A stretch of 64,000 nucleotides of DNA from Ramazzottius varieornatus (taxonomy: Eukaryota; Animalia; Tardigrada), in contig BDGG01000001.1 in assembly GCA_001949185.1 (NCBI GenBank), positions 7,886,149-7,950,148 of the forward strand. The letters are read 5' to 3'. Shown piece by piece: positions 26,174-40,300 of the stretch (positions are counted from its first letter, which is position 1; each line of letters starts with the position of its first letter). The translations under genes and the position numbers were made by a program. A model generated the notes under the pieces. The model saw nothing but the letters and a program-made list of their open reading frames with translations. It was not told the DNA's origin and made no database searches.

Positions 26174-26601
26174 TGGGCGGCCATCACCACTATAAGTAGT
26201 TTTCCGGTTTGATGGGTATTTCTATCAGGCTCCGACATTTGCCAGATATGGTGTCACGCATTGTATGATACGGCGGCTCGCAGAGTCAAGTTGGGAAGCA
26301 CCCATTTCTTCCCCGTTCGTAACATGTGCATGATATCGTGCCTACGATAATAAACACATCCTTAGACTCGCCCAAAGTACGTGTCATTCTATGTATACAA
26401 TTTGGGCGAAGTTTTTCTGCAAGAAACTCTGTAATGTGCTACCTTACCCAAATTACATGCCAAGCAATTGGGGGAGGTTAGGTATACAGGTGCACGTCGT
26501 CNNNNNNNNNNNNNNNNNNNNNNNNNNNNNNNNNNNNNNNNNNNNNNNNNNAGAAACACNTATTAAANTGGAAAACGANTTATGATGGTGATGGCCGCCC
26601 G
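26174..26601. mobile_element. TIR element spanning an assembly gap
   Basis: About 50-bp imperfect inverted repeats GGGCGGCCATCACCA..ATAA..GTTTTCC..TTT at both ends, with TA after the right end. Confidence 0.65.
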
Positions 26602-27571
26602 TATTTCAAACCATGCAGTTTTTCGGGCCTTTTCAAAGCGCAGACGATGCTGGAGAGTCTGACACGGGACCCTTTTAGACCGTGAGATATCTTATCAGAT
26701 TTTTGTGCTTTCATGAGGTTGCTGGGACCGGGGTCTGACTTTGATATCAGCCGGGGGTGCTCTAGGGAATTCTCGAGTTCCTCAAAAATCCGAAATGTTC
26801 TAGACCAGCAACAGATCTACGATTAGCGTGTAACGGACATCAACAGAGTTTACAAATTTCGAGGATGATCAGATAGGTATCGGCAACCCAATGTGGGGAC
26901 AAAATTTTCTGACTCCAAACGACCTTTTCCTGACATGAAACTTCTGGACAAATTCGTGGACGTCACGTGGTGTTGCGGCCACGCTTGGTCATGGGGAGAA
27001 GTCTCAGAGGACTGTTCGCCCTTTCGGGCAGATAGTCCAAAAAAATTTCACGGGTGACGAACAGTGAAACACCCCGGCCTGAGGTTTGATGTTGAAGCGA
27101 TTTGATGTGTAGTTTTATGCAGTATGACGTTTGTTTGGCGTCACAACTTTTCGTTCAAACAATCGAACCCCTTTGGACCATCTTCACCAAGCCGTTTGAC
27201 CAGTGGTAAGATAGTCAAATGGACTTCAGCGTGAAGTTTCTCGGTGTTTCGTCCACCAGTTTTCGTAAGCAATACAACTTACCTCTTGGGGTCCCTAAAC
27301 TTCCAACTCGTTTCCTGAACATTTTGCCTGAAAATTTTGCCCGTTTGTCTCCAAATGGGGCCATCGATATCCAAATGTTTCACCAAATCAAGTCAACTAG
27401 ATCAAATGTTGCAGATTAAGTGGCTACCGGCTGCGAAGCAGTAACTTGAAGGAAGACTGAATTTTTCTCGCTGTACATGCCGGCTACTTACATTTGTAAC
27501 AGAAACACCAGCTTTGTTGACGTTGACCGCTTAATTATACCTTGTTACAGGTGTTCCATGGTAATTTCACC

Positions 27572-28204
27572 ATGTCAGCTGTCGGCTGCCATAAATGCGG
27601 AAGCGCCTGTTCGGAAAACGATGAGCAGCAGTTTCATCGGCAGCGCGAAGACACACTAAACACTCAAGCTAAGCGCGTAACCAACATGGTGGGAACGGTC
27701 GAGAAACTGAAATCGTTGAGAAACCGTGATCCAGCGTTAGGAAAACAAATTTCGACGGTGTTGAGTCAGATTGGACGTCTGGGTACTCAGCTGTCTTATC
27801 TGGACTTAAAGATGGTTGATACGTGGCAGAAACATTTGCAAGCCTCCGACTCTCCAACGACGACAAACCCTCTGGAAAAGAGCAAGCGCGACAGAATCTA
27901 TCGTATCAGGGGTCATGTAACGGATCATCGATATTGCAAGAATTGCGACATATCGGGACCCAAAGAGCGGAAGTGTCTCAAAAAACGGGTATGGCTATTC
28001 TGCACTCACACAAGTTTCCACCTAAGTCGGTCATGGTATACCTTCAATTGTAACCGCAAATACTATTATGATATCATGCATGGACGGCCCATCTTCCCCA
28101 GATTCAGGCGGCGGCTCAAGTTACGAAAGGTGCATAACATTCAAAAATCGAGTTTCGCGCTCATGTCCACGAGGAAGGGAAGAGCACGTTTGAATTTTTC
28201 GTGA
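27572..28204 (+). CDS. Orphan Cys/His-containing protein, paralog 2
   Basis: The ATG at 27572 lies 21 nt after the acceptor-like CTTGTTACAG. It shares 18/81 ungapped identities with the 25237 ORF. The 3' part of the ORF may be spliced differently. Confidence 0.6.
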   Translation: MSAVGCHKCGSACSENDEQQFHRQREDTLNTQAKRVTNMVGTVEKLKSLRNRDPALGKQISTVLSQIGRLGTQLSYLDLKMVDTWQKHLQASDSPTTTNPLEKSKRDRIYRIRGHVTDHRYCKNCDISGPKERKCLKKRVWLFCTHTSFHLSRSWYTFNCNRKYYYDIMHGRPIFPRFRRRLKLRKVHNIQKSSFALMSTRKGRARLNFS

Positions 28205-29718
28205 TGGTGGCTTTTGCCTACTTCCAGTTCTGAAAAATACGGTGTAAAGAACGCACCCCTTCTAGTGGTCGTGTGACGTAGTTTACCACTGACTAGTTTT
28301 GTAAGACCACGTGACCACCGGAAGGGATGCATCCTGTACACTGTAAAACGAATCTGGACCATCATGTTGTAAGAAATCGCGGAGACACTTGTGGTCGAAA
28401 CCGTCGCAGTAAGTCTCCAAAGTGAGAGCATCTTTCCGACCTGGAAGGCAGGCTATAAAACCGCGTGAGAAACTACTTGCTTGAGCACACGGCAGGACGA
28501 CTGAATTTTCCTGCACGGCGCTGTACGGCAAGATTTTTGAAAATCTCCATACGGTACCCTGTGGCGCGGCATCCTTTCCACCGGAGTTTTTCAAAACGTA
28601 AAGATGTGGCCGTGAGTACATGCTCCTACCGAGCTGTGGCAGTGCAGTACTGTGAAGCTGCCACGTTTCGCACTCGGTTGTAGCTTTCTTATAGGACGTC
28701 AAAGGGCGCTTTTCAGCCAAACCGTCACCCTACGGCATGTCACCACCACAGCTGACTTTGGTTTTGCACTTCTGAATTTTGTCGCTTTTTTGTACCCACA
28801 GTTTAGAAATTCGTAGCACTGCAACGCTTTCACCTTTCTTCTCCTAACTTGGCACGCATCATGCCTCAACTGTCTTTTCTCAAATGGGCAGTAAACCGCT
28901 CGTGGAAACTGCTCCCAACATTTTCTGGGAAAGTTTTAAGTTATCGCAAAATTTTGGAAAATTCGCCGAGTTCACTGTGCTGACCACTGCTCTTCCCCTG
29001 GTTGGGTTAAAAAATCAAGTTGTATGAGAAACAATAGCAAGATCATTGTATTTCCGAAAGCAGGCAAAAGTTTTGGTCAGAATGCTTTTTCCGGAAATCA
29101 GCCAGTTGCATGTTCACCCCTAAACAAACCAGGAGTTCTCAGAGATACCCAAGGACTCGCAAGGCTCCCCGGCAACCAATTCTTTTAAACTTGGAATGGC
29201 GTTAGATGACACAGCAGCAGTGTCCCCTAACACAACACCAAAAGGATCGGTCAAAGCGGTGAATCAGGAAAATTTGGAAATGGAATACCTCGCTAAACTC
29301 GCGAGCCTCAGACAATGCTGCGCAGCACCCGGTTTCGCGGGAAACCTTTTTCCTAAAAATCTACAGGGCGATTTTCCATGCTCTGTTTCCTCCATTACAC
29401 AGCACGAGTTACATAGTACTAAAATACCGGACACTTTCCAGATCAGACAGGCGCTGTCAAGAGAGAAAAGTTTCCGAAAGAGACTCAGTTCTGAGCGTCC
29501 TCCTTTCCCTCCACAATTCTTCTTGTTTAAAGACGTTTACAGTGACTGGCTCTCTTTTTCAAAAACTGAAAAAAGACTGCTAGTAACAAGCAAACTAAGT
29601 TAGATTTTGAAAGTCGTGACAAAATGTCGCAAAAAGGTTTCAGAGATCATCCGTGGAAAACCAACAAGTCATACTGAAAGACCTAATAATTTATAACAGG
29701 AGATCCAGTGAAGAGCTA

Positions 29719-29864
29719 CTGTATTCCGGCAAAAGTTTTACGTAATAACGTGACAGGCCCGGTGAAGAATCCCCGGGCGTTGAGATGACTAAACTCCTCG
29801 ATCACCCGAGGGATTTTTCTGTGGGCCTGTCGAGTGATTGCGCGAAACTTACGAGGGAATACAG
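29719..29864. mobile_element. MITE family 2, diverged copy
   Basis: TA|CTGTATTCC...GTGACAGGCCC...GGGCCTGTC...GAGGGAATACAG. Confidence 0.75.
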
Positions 29865-32800
29865 CACTTAACCATGAGGGTCTTTATTTATGGAAAACAA
29901 AATCGTGGAAACATTTTGATTACCGCAGCGAGCTAAATCTGCTGACCGCAGGACGAGATTCGATTGCCTGAAGCAGAGATGTTACCAATGTAGTGCAAGG
30001 TTGTCAAAATATCAGTACGTTTCCTTCCATGAGTCCGAGAAAACCGTGGGCAGCTTACACAGCATACCTAGGAAAGCTGATGATGATTTTCCAGCCTCGA
30101 TAAGTGGGGTACATGGAAGAAACGTTACAGTGCTATAGCTCAAACCGACATACTGCGAAATGCATGGAATGTGCTTGTACATTTAATAAATCGTGTTTAC
30201 GTGACGAAAAATGATTTAAAGCTGAAGTACGTTTCTTTTCTCGAGCTCGAAAAACGTACACACCGGTCAGCAAATTCGGAGGCTGTTCTAGTTCGGTCGA
30301 AGGTGGTTTGAAAAAGTTTTAACACCTGATCGTTAACTAGAACTTTTACCAACAATTTTCATCTAGATAAATCATCTATTAAAACGCCGGCTGCGAGAGA
30401 CCTTTAGGTGGGCTTTCGCTAAGATGCGTTTGTTACGGTTATGAGCTAGTGCACGGTGATCACCTGGCAAGAAGCCTCGCGGTTTCATCGGTTAAACCGA
30501 CGACTGGGCAAGCAGATTGTTTGCGAACAGGATTTCTCTTTTTGGAATCTCGAGCAAGGCTCTTCAGTGAAAACCAAGAAGAAAAGCATTCGCAGAGAAC
30601 AATCAGCTCTGCCTTTTGCTTGATTAAGAGAGATTGACCAAAGCAATGGGAGCGAAGGAGCAAGCACTACCCGTGATCAGGGACGGCATGCTAGTTCCTC
30701 CGCTCATTCCGCACTTTCGCTTCCCGGATGGACATTTCGTCCAACATAAAGTGATCACTGATCATCTCCACTCATTTTGTCACTGGATTAAACACTTTAA
30801 CGTCAGGGTTTTCTGTAGGTTTCCCAAGTTGTTCTGTCATCGTTTGATTTATGTAAAATCATCATAAGGATAATGAGCCTGAAGACAATATCGGCTGTCA
30901 AATTCATACTTCACGATCGAAATATTCTCGAAGGAGGCTTCCTGTCAAATTTATATGCTTTGTTTACCAGTTGAAAATACTAGTTATCGTGTTTAGACCG
31001 TTGCGGAACGAGAATCAGGCGATCGAACCGTGTGCCGCAGCGTTATCAAAGTATATTCAACGTCGGCCAAACTTCGGCTTCTCACATTACTATCGTTTAT
31101 TATCCATAAACTTGGTGTGTTTTGGATTTGCGATAGATAATAAGATCTTGAGAACTGGAAATCAAATTTATGTTTATATCCGAGATCACTGTGAAGAAAT
31201 TTGTGTTGTGGAGCGAAAGAGGAAGAACTGAAAACAAAAATCATGTGGCACAGATGAAGGCGGCAAGCTGGTCTTTTCAATGCTAGGAGTTATAGCACGG
31301 GAGAGCGGAGGCTACGGGTCAAGTTTCGATTGGTAGAAAATTTTGTTCACGCGTTTTATTACTCGGTAATAATGCCTACTGAGAATACAACTTGACAGAA
31401 ATGCTAGGAGCGTAAACAGAATTCTAGCTGACTTGGACCCTAATTGTCTTGATCAATTATCGGTGTTAGAACAGCCGATCTTTATGGCATGTTGATGTCT
31501 TCTGCCTGCCCAGCAGATCACCGTGTACAGATTTCAAGACTGAAAATGGCAACAGCGGCCATCCCGCTGGAAGGGATCTGCAAACGAACTTGTGTTACAT
31601 GAAGGGCACTCAAAAGATTCTGCTGGCTAGAGACGCTAGCTTTTGCTCTCACGACCTGTCAGCTTACGCTCTTTGCAATATATCTGCAACAGCGCTGCTT
31701 GCGAACGTGGGCAGGTGGGGCGCGGGATTCGCAGATCCCGTTGTATCAATATAGTCGAATTGCTTAGAACCCAAACGCTGTTATCCGAATCCCGATTTCG
31801 GCTTGCTTGTGTGAGCCGGATAGATCTGACCAAATCTTTCTCCCATTAAAATCCCTCCGTTTACGCTTTTCAGCCCGAGGACCCTCAGTCCATGGATGAA
31901 ATTGACGATGGATCCAGTTGACAACCTTGGACAAAGACAATTTGTAGCTGCTTTCGAACTGTTACTTGGGTCCAGATTTTTCCTCTTGAACACAACGGTT
32001 AAGGGCGATGTTTCTCGAGGACGTTTTTGAACTTATCTGGAATCTACAACCGGCTAAACCTATTACCAACGCACGAATTTCCAAACAACTACCACGAGCA
32101 GCAACGGCTTTCAGAGACCACTGTTACAATCACCCATAATTACGGACGGTGTACAAACAGAGTGTCTCTTTTGCCTCTCCCCCCCCCCCGGCCATTGCGC
32201 GCAAGTTTTGATTTTGGTGGACAATCCTGCCCGTCGTTTACGGCCTTGGCATTTTCACGCACAAATCACGATATGAGGTGGGGCGAGGACAGATAGATAT
32301 CATTGAGATATCATCAAGGCTTCGTCAGCCTGGCTGGCAGCCACGCTGATTTTCGGAGAATTACACAAAGGGCTATTAGAAAACAGAAGCTTTGTGCAAG
32401 AGGAGGTGAGCCGGAGTTAACAACTAATGAGATGCGGTGGGGAGGCGGTCCGCATTGATCATACAGTTAGTATTGCATAGGGAAACGGTTTACGAGTTAC
32501 GATACAGCTGAGGCTAAGTCGTTGGTTGGGGCTATGAGCGGGAGCCTTCCTTCGTACAGTATGTCTCCGAAAAGTCCCGGTCTCTGTCGTTCTGCGATAG
32601 TGTTGGCGGAAAAGCACGGTTTGTACGGCTTGTTAAGGGTTCGTGATGTGATATGCAGGCGTTGACCTTGTACCAACTACGTTCATCAGGCCGAGCGAAG
32701 CGAGGTGTTCTGGATCGAAAGCGTCCCCATGTTAAGTTTGACCACCACGTGACGGCAGTTTTTTCGGCGCCAAAAGGGTGCTATTGGCCAGCGCATTCAA

Positions 32801-33894
32801 CCGGATTTGAACACAGCGCATGCGCGTGCAACGCTAGTTCCCCCACGCACCTACATGCAATTCCAGTTTTGTACTTAGCTGGCTCGAAGTATGGCGATGC
32901 ACGACCGATTTCGTAAACTCTGATTGCTGGCGAAACATACGAGCATCCTTTTCGCACCCGAGGCACCCTATATACACTGTCTTTGCCATTGAAGGCCTGA
33001 CCGGAGTTGATGGATACCATCGATTTCTCGAACGAAATTTCGAGATTTCAGTGCTTACGCCAGTGACTCACCGCACGCGTATCCTTTTCGATCAAAGAAA
33101 ACAGTTGTCTCCAGTGAGTGTGCCATCAACACCAATCAAGTCGCATGGCGAGCTTGCACGTACCGTAGTGCACTATATTTGTACAAAGTTATAGCCGACC
33201 AGTTTACAGTGTCACTTAGGCTTTTCGGGCTCCATTGCATGTGTCCTGGATGTACCAAGCCAGCGCTGTATGAATGACGGCGTACGTTGATGTGCAAGGG
33301 CCAAGTGAGCCAAATGGCCAACAATGGGTGCCTAGTCAGCATACTGCTTCGAAAGCATTACCAGGAAGAGCTTACCAAACAACCGTATGACTTAGAAACT
33401 CGCACCTGGCAAGCTCTTCCGACTTCGGAACCGATCATCGCTGCAAATCAAAAACCTCGCCTAGAAACACTGACTACATTCAAAGGTGGACTCTACTGGA
33501 AAGACGGTATTCTGTTCTCAAAATGCGAGAAGATATCGAAACAATAAAACGAAAAACTGCACATGAACAGACTTCCCTTCTTCACATGTGGAACATCAAA
33601 CAACTCCTTTAAACTTTGGTGTCCTGTACGGTGGAGAGAACAGTACAGAAATTTCCACACTAAATACTTATTGACACTCTCTTTTGACACAAACTGCGAA
33701 ACGTCCAGTTTAATTCCTCCACTCTCGTGCTGCTCTGCATCGTCTGATTCTATTTATGTACTGTATTTTTTCGATATTTTCGCGCAGCACGTGACTTAGT
33801 ACGTCAAGAACACCCCGGTACTACGACAGCTTTAATTTTCACTGATCAATAATCAACTGAGATTGATATAAATTTCACTGAAAACCAAGTAAAC

Positions 33895-34900
33895 TCAACG
33901 CCTCCGTGAAAGAATCATCCACCGGGCTGAAGCTGCAGTCGAAAGTATCGTCCAGATTATCTGCTTNNNNNNNNNNNNNNNNNNNNNNNNNNNNNNNNNN
34001 NNNNNNNNNNNNNNNNCCTCAGTATGACTATCACGCCAATCATGGTAGGAAAGCTTCAGATAGCTTTGAAGGGGAAAGTTAACACCAACGTCCAGTGGTT
34101 GGTATGTACCAGTCACGCCAGCTGGAATAAAAACTTGACGGATTCCCATCTCGTTAAGTAGGAAGTCACTTTCAATCTTGCCGTGAGCAGGAGCCCGATC
34201 ACGGATCAAAAAACTACCAGGACGGCAGTTCTCCAATGTTTCCGCCAGCCAGAAGCGATCCGAATTCCATCAGCCCGAGGCATTACTGTAGACTTTGATA
34301 TTTTCTGGAACGACTAGCTTGTTCAGGATACGTGGTGACAGCCTGCCAGTTTTCTTATAACCCTTGAGGATTATCGTCGCTGGAAATTTTGTGCCGTCGG
34401 CGCAAACGGTAAGCGTCGCGGTGAGACAATCGGGATCGCTCGGTGGCTGGATTACTCTTACTTGCTTCACGCCAACTGGGGATAGTGTTTTCTTGTACGT
34501 ATTTTGAAGCTTCACTGACGTCTGATCCATATTCATTAACTTGAAATACGGCGTTTCCAGAACTGTTACGATCTCTTCAATCCGCCACAGAAAGCTCTCC
34601 TCTGATTTCCACAAACAACCTAGGATTAAGTTTCACATATTTGTGACGTCACAAATAATTTTCAGAACATGGACAACTGTCCACATTACGTCATTCACTA
34701 TCTAACGTCATGAAGGAAACGACATTATTATTACATACCACGTCATCCTCAGTCTGCGTTGTCTTGCGGCCAACTTTAGTGATTGGTCGCGATACGATCC
34801 TGAATCGTTTCTTCCACTTCGTCACCTAACCTAATGAGCCCTTGAATCCTTCGATCTTTATCTGGGAGGCAGCAGCAAGGAAAAAGATGGAAATTAGCCA
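33895..34900 (-). pseudogene. pogo/Tigger-family transposase remnant (CENP-B HTH plus DDE_1)
   Basis: FKGSLG*VTKWKKRFRIVSR (HTH end), NMDQT...LTVCADGTKFPATIILKG, RDRAPAH, FIPAGVTGTYQPLDVGVNFPL. It contains stops and a 50-N gap. Confidence 0.85.
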
Positions 34901-34957
34901 TTTTTGCCGTTCCGCAGCTAAAATCAAGGCGCTACAGAACGTGAGGTAACTCGGCGT

Positions 34958-35759
34958 CAGTGTTGCTCCAATATGACTTTTTCGACTCTAATTGCAATTA
35001 CGATTAACCGGAATATTTCGGGCGGCAGCAATTTCAATTATGTGAGACTTAGGTCAGCTGAATTAGCAATTAAAGTCAATTGGAATTCATCTCGCAACAG
35101 CAATTGAAATTATTTCTATTATTGCGGTTCACTTTTTAGATCCGAATGTTCCCGGAATATTGTGTTCTAAAGTGACTTGGGTCTATCGTTTCATGAGCGT
35201 GGAACGGATGTCGGACGTTTACCTCAAAACATGTTGTATTCAAGGTGTTGAACACGGATGCGCGAATGCAAACAAGTATTGTAATGTTTCCTGAAGCCTC
35301 GCGCGTACGTCGTCATACACACGAAACATCCCTTGGGGTGTTGGTAGGGAAAACTATTGGGATTCGGGACCGGGGTTGAACTTCGCGTGTACATCGATGA
35401 ACCGCGCATGATTCGCAAAACAAAACTTTAAGCCTCGTGCGTTTTTCCGTCGTGCGATATGCACATAAGCACACATGTTCGCCCAATCAAGCGCCAAAGA
35501 CACCAGAAACTCCAATACTTGGTACACGCATGTGCGTTTTACCGCGCTTTAGGGCGCAAATTCAATAATTTGAATAGCCATACTCTTCATTTGAATTACC
35601 AAGTATGATTTCTTCCGTTTTCGGAATTCTAATACAATTGTAATTAATATTAGAATTGTCCAGCCTGGGATTCCCAATTCCGATTGTCATATCGGAATTC
35701 AAAAACGGTCGTTTTTGGCTATTTTCAGTTATGATGTTGTAATGATCGGCGCAACACTG
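34958..35759. mobile_element. Probable non-autonomous hAT-like element
   Basis: Ends CAGTGTTGCTCC / GGCGCAACACTG with AATT-rich subterminal regions on both sides. The TSD is poorly preserved (only GCGT is shared). Confidence 0.45.
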
Positions 35760-37302
35760 AGAAGCGTGCGAAGACGTCCAAGTTTCAGACCGCAAATCGA
35801 TAACCTTTTCCCCATACCTTAGCTCTACAATCTTAGCTCTACATGAGCTCTACACGAAGCTCTACGAGGTAAAGGACATGGAGTTTTCCAGTGGAAAATT
35901 CGGACATGGAAATTTCCAAACTGCGGTGTAGGGTGGCACCACAATATCTGACTGTTTTGTCACGTGACGTCTTACAGACTTAGTGCAACCGCAGCTAAGA
36001 TCTGTGGCACGGTAACGAATAGTCAGAGGCTTTGTAGAGCATCCATTAATCATTTATTTTATCTTAGGAGTTGACCAGAACGGAGATGTGACGTCTTGGC
36101 GTAAGTCTCCGTAAAAGACTTACAAGCGCCTCCTCAGGCCTACGTTTTATTTCTTGTCCAGGCTCTTTGACATTGGATTTTATCCTGTCTCCTGCAGACC
36201 TTCCTTTCTCACCTTTGCACCGTCAAATGACTCGGAAGCGGCTTGGCTATGATCAGAAAGACTTTCTCTATTGACTGAGTTACCGTACGACGCAATCTGA
36301 CCAGCAGCTACGTTAAAACAACCTGGAAATTTTCATGTTCGAAATTCTCACTGGAAAACTCCCTGTCCTTTAGCTCGTACACGAAGAAAGTGCTTGTGTT
36401 ATTGTAATGAATTTGCAGTTGGGAACACATCACTACAGTCGCAGTGAGCTTACGGGAATACAATAAACCAACCAAATTTGATTACGAGATGCAAGCACTC
36501 TCTTCATTGTAGCAACTGACTGATGAGGGGGAGGCTGGGCTTAACTTGTACTGTACATGATGCAAGCTTTATGGCCAAGTGAAAACAGAAACCAACACTA
36601 ATCGAAATGGACTGAGCCACGGATTCTGACGTAAAATGTGGTCTCTCTGTTAGACTCGAGCCAGTAATGCTACCAAAGTTTTCTTTGCTGAATGCTAATG
36701 GTTCTCTTTCTCTATCTCGCGCGCCGCTTTTACTTCGGATTCTCTCTTCTGCTTCCCCAGTTTCTCTCATGAGACTCATCCATCCATGCTCTGTCTATCA
36801 TAACGCTGACGAGAACGTCGGAAAGGAGGGAGGCAGGAGCGGCGTGATATCATAATATGTCTCCGCTACGGTAAATTGTCTACAGGTTTTGCTTGGAGTT
36901 TGAAGAAGGGGACAAAGTTGAGCCAAAGTTTGTATGCTGAGAGGAATTTTATCCATCCATCAAGCCGATGATCAAGGCACCATTGTACCCTCAACGTTAC
37001 GGTCCTGTGCACTGACAAGTGAGTCCAAGTGACAAGAATAGCTGTGAGGATTTGTCATCCACATCGGAATGATTGGATATCCATTAGGTAAGCGCTTGCC
37101 ACGACTTGTTTCTCTCCTGCGCAACTTGATGGAATCATCCTCACCAATGGTACACGTTTTCAGCTTCCATGTATTGATATTTTCAGTCATTTTTTCTTTT
37201 AATATCAGGATGCCCTGAGATTCGCCGACCGGAAGTATTGTGAATTCATCGACTGGAATATCTTCTGTGGAAATAGCTCTTTGAATATTCTCGCCGTTCG
37301 TC

Positions 37303-40300
37303 ATGGTTGTTTCGGCGGTTTCACCCCCATCGCAAAATCGAGGAGGAGGGAATGCTAGTGGGACGATGAGTCTTTCGCGTCAGGCCTCGTCTTCACAGCC
37401 ATCAACAGCCGCGCATAATTCCAGCAAAACCGTCAACTGTCGCGTGGAATTCTTGGATAATCAGCATACCATCTTTCGCGTTCCAGTAAGCGCCACATTG
37501 CTTTGTTATATTATAAGACCACCCAAATTTCGTGAACGTGCTGTTTTATGGTCATGGGTCAAGAATACTCTGTTCGATAGAGGTTCATGTTGGGAAGACT
37601 TGAGTAAAAGATGCAGAGAGAAAAAGGAATGCCAAACTGTAGCACCCGGACTAACTAGCGCGGCACAGGCGGTGTGTGTTCGAACTAAGTGCGCCACTTG
37701 AAGCGAGGCAGCGTAAGAGCAATTTTGCCTCGTTGAAATAGCACACCCAGGTGAAGTGACGCAGGATGAGGCTTTTCTTTTCACCGGTTCTGCCGGATTG
37801 CTTTCGCTTTGCTTTTTCGTCTTTTTGTTATTCTACGCGAGAAACGAGGTTAATCTTCAATTTTTTCGGTGTCATCTGGCTTGGCGCCAGGATAGTGGAA
37901 ATTTTATGCGGTTGTGTGACAAGACTGATAACAGTGAAGCCGTGAAACGTATCAATTATGCGTTTCGAAGAGGCTGAATACTTCATTACGCACTCCAGGT
38001 TCGACAAGACAAGGCATCAACCGGTTTTTCCGTCTCCAGCCGCGTAAGCCAATAATTGAACGCTGTTGTACCTCATTCACGCTTTCAGTTCCTTCTTATA
38101 GGCTTGTCATAAAGTCTCCGACAGCAAGTCAAAGGACGGAAGTTTCGTACAGGGGAGCTCAACAAACAAGTTCGAACAGATCGTGCTTTTGTGAGTGGCG
38201 CATGTCACGGACCATCAGTAACGAAAGCGTGCGCCACTTGGGAAAACAACCTGGTCGATTTTGTTCGCCAAGCTCCCATACATGCGGATCTTTGAAGTCG
38301 TTTTGGTTCTTTTACTTTCTAGGTGAAATATTGGCGGAACAGTCAGTGGATGATGAAGGGGCTCGTGCTTTGAATGTAGGGTTGTGTGCTAGTCAAAATG
38401 CCATGTTGAATATTTGCGTATCAATGGGGCGAGTTTTTCCAGATGTGCTGACAGCACGCAAAATAACTGTGGACGATGGCAGCAATCTTTTCAGCTCTCG
38501 GCCTTCCACCATCGGATGCAGACAGCTCAGGGAGGGTAAAGTCAACAGTGTTTTTAGAATTTGGGGCTAGCTGGGGCTGAAGACTAGCGTTAGAGTATAT
38601 CGATTTTTAATTTGTCTTGGCAATTTCTGGCAGCCGAGTGGCAAAGAGGCCACATGTCAGCTGGCGCATATCCCGTCCCGTCGATCGTCCTCCAGCACAT
38701 TCACTCTTTTAGCCTCGCTGTACTCATACCAAAGATCTCTAGAGTTAGTTGGTGCCGTTGAGCAACATCACTCCTCGCCTGACTGACTGAAGGACGCAAC
38801 TGTAGTACTCACTCTCATTCCGCAGCATATTTAGATAGTCTTTTGCAGGCACCACTATTCATTTATGCCAAAAGCTACCGAATGGGTTACTCAGTCTAAA
38901 CTCTTTTTCCGGTCCAGACTCTCAACTGACAGAGTAGCGCGATCGGCAGAAAAAAATCCATATCGAACTTATCGTACTCTTACGCAACTACGTAAAATTA
39001 TCTCACTCTTTCTTCCCTACCAGATTATAGTTTTCATTCCAAGTGCGCCAGTCAAAGAGTGCAGGCAGACTTTTTACAACCCCGAAGAAATGGCGCATGC
39101 AGAGGCTCGGGACTATGTAAAGTAAATTTCGGTGGACTGTTTTACGCGGTCGTCGAACAGTAGTAACTGTTCGACAACAAGGCTGAATTGAATATGCATA
39201 GTGAGTGATCGCAGATTAAAATGTCTGGAAATAAACGTCAGCGATCTTGTCGCGGGCTTTCAACTGGGTGTACTTGGGTACGTCAGATTACGAGAAGTAC
39301 TCGATCGTAAAGTTTTTTCCGAGAGGCAATGAAGTGAAATGGAAAGGCTCATGTAACGTACTTTGGTGTGCGAGGCTGCGCGGATCCAAGGACGCAGTGA
39401 AATCTGATCGAACCAGGAAGAAAAAACCCCATCACGCAGCGCGATGGTTGTAAGGTTTACCGCTGCCTTCCTCCTACTCGCAGGACTTCCTCGACGAGGA
39501 CGTAATCTTCTTTCCTACATGTATGGCAGTTTGATTTGATGCACGTACGGAGTTTTACGGATCTTCGGAGACTCGTTTCACCGAAGCAGTATTCTCTGAA
39601 CACAGAAAGATTTTTTTCGCAGTGTCTGGAGACATTCGTCTCTAGACTTTCTGGACGATGCCAGCAGAAACGGATGCTCGAAGAGGAGGGACCTTTTAGT
39701 AGAAACAGAGTGGTAATTTTTCAGCCTGGATTTTCGAAATGTAACTGTGTTAATTTGACAGCATGACAGTATGCTAAGTTGCATGTTTGTTCAGATATCG
39801 AGGTTGCTGTATAACAGACTTTTCGATTGACACTTGATGCCGTCTCTGCAGGCTGTTCTCCAGGAAGAGTTTTCGCATTGCAGCTGACCAGAACACACAC
39901 ATAGCCTCGGTTCTATTTTGGACTGGTCGAATTTCCCCTGACCCCGATCAACAAACGCACAAAAGGCTCAAACCAATAACTAAATCCACAAAAAGAAGTC
40001 AAATTAGAAGAAACTCTTTCAGACAGTTTTGACTTGGTTCTCGACTGGTCAAGAACTACGTTGTGGAAAATGTTTTAATGTTTGGATGGGCTGAGGATCT
40101 AGAAATTTAACTTCCCACCCCAGTGAGTCCACGAATGATCGTCTGCCTTGTTCAACTTTCTGACAAGACAGTCTTATCCATATTAGAAAGCTTTTCATAC
40201 CGAAATGTAATGATCTTTGATGAGCACAGTGGCAAGTCATCAGAGCAAGACAGATCTTGTTTTATGATTGGTAACAAGGACTATAACGATGAAAATACTA

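Noticed and set aside
30300-30660. BEN-domain remnant (ETARLLAR...LSES..KG)
   Set aside because: The similarity is too short and is interrupted by stops, so I cannot support it.
35820-35868. Four AGCTCTAC motifs at 11-14 bp spacing
   Set aside because: The array is short, probably subterminal repeats of an unresolved element, with no boundaries I could define.
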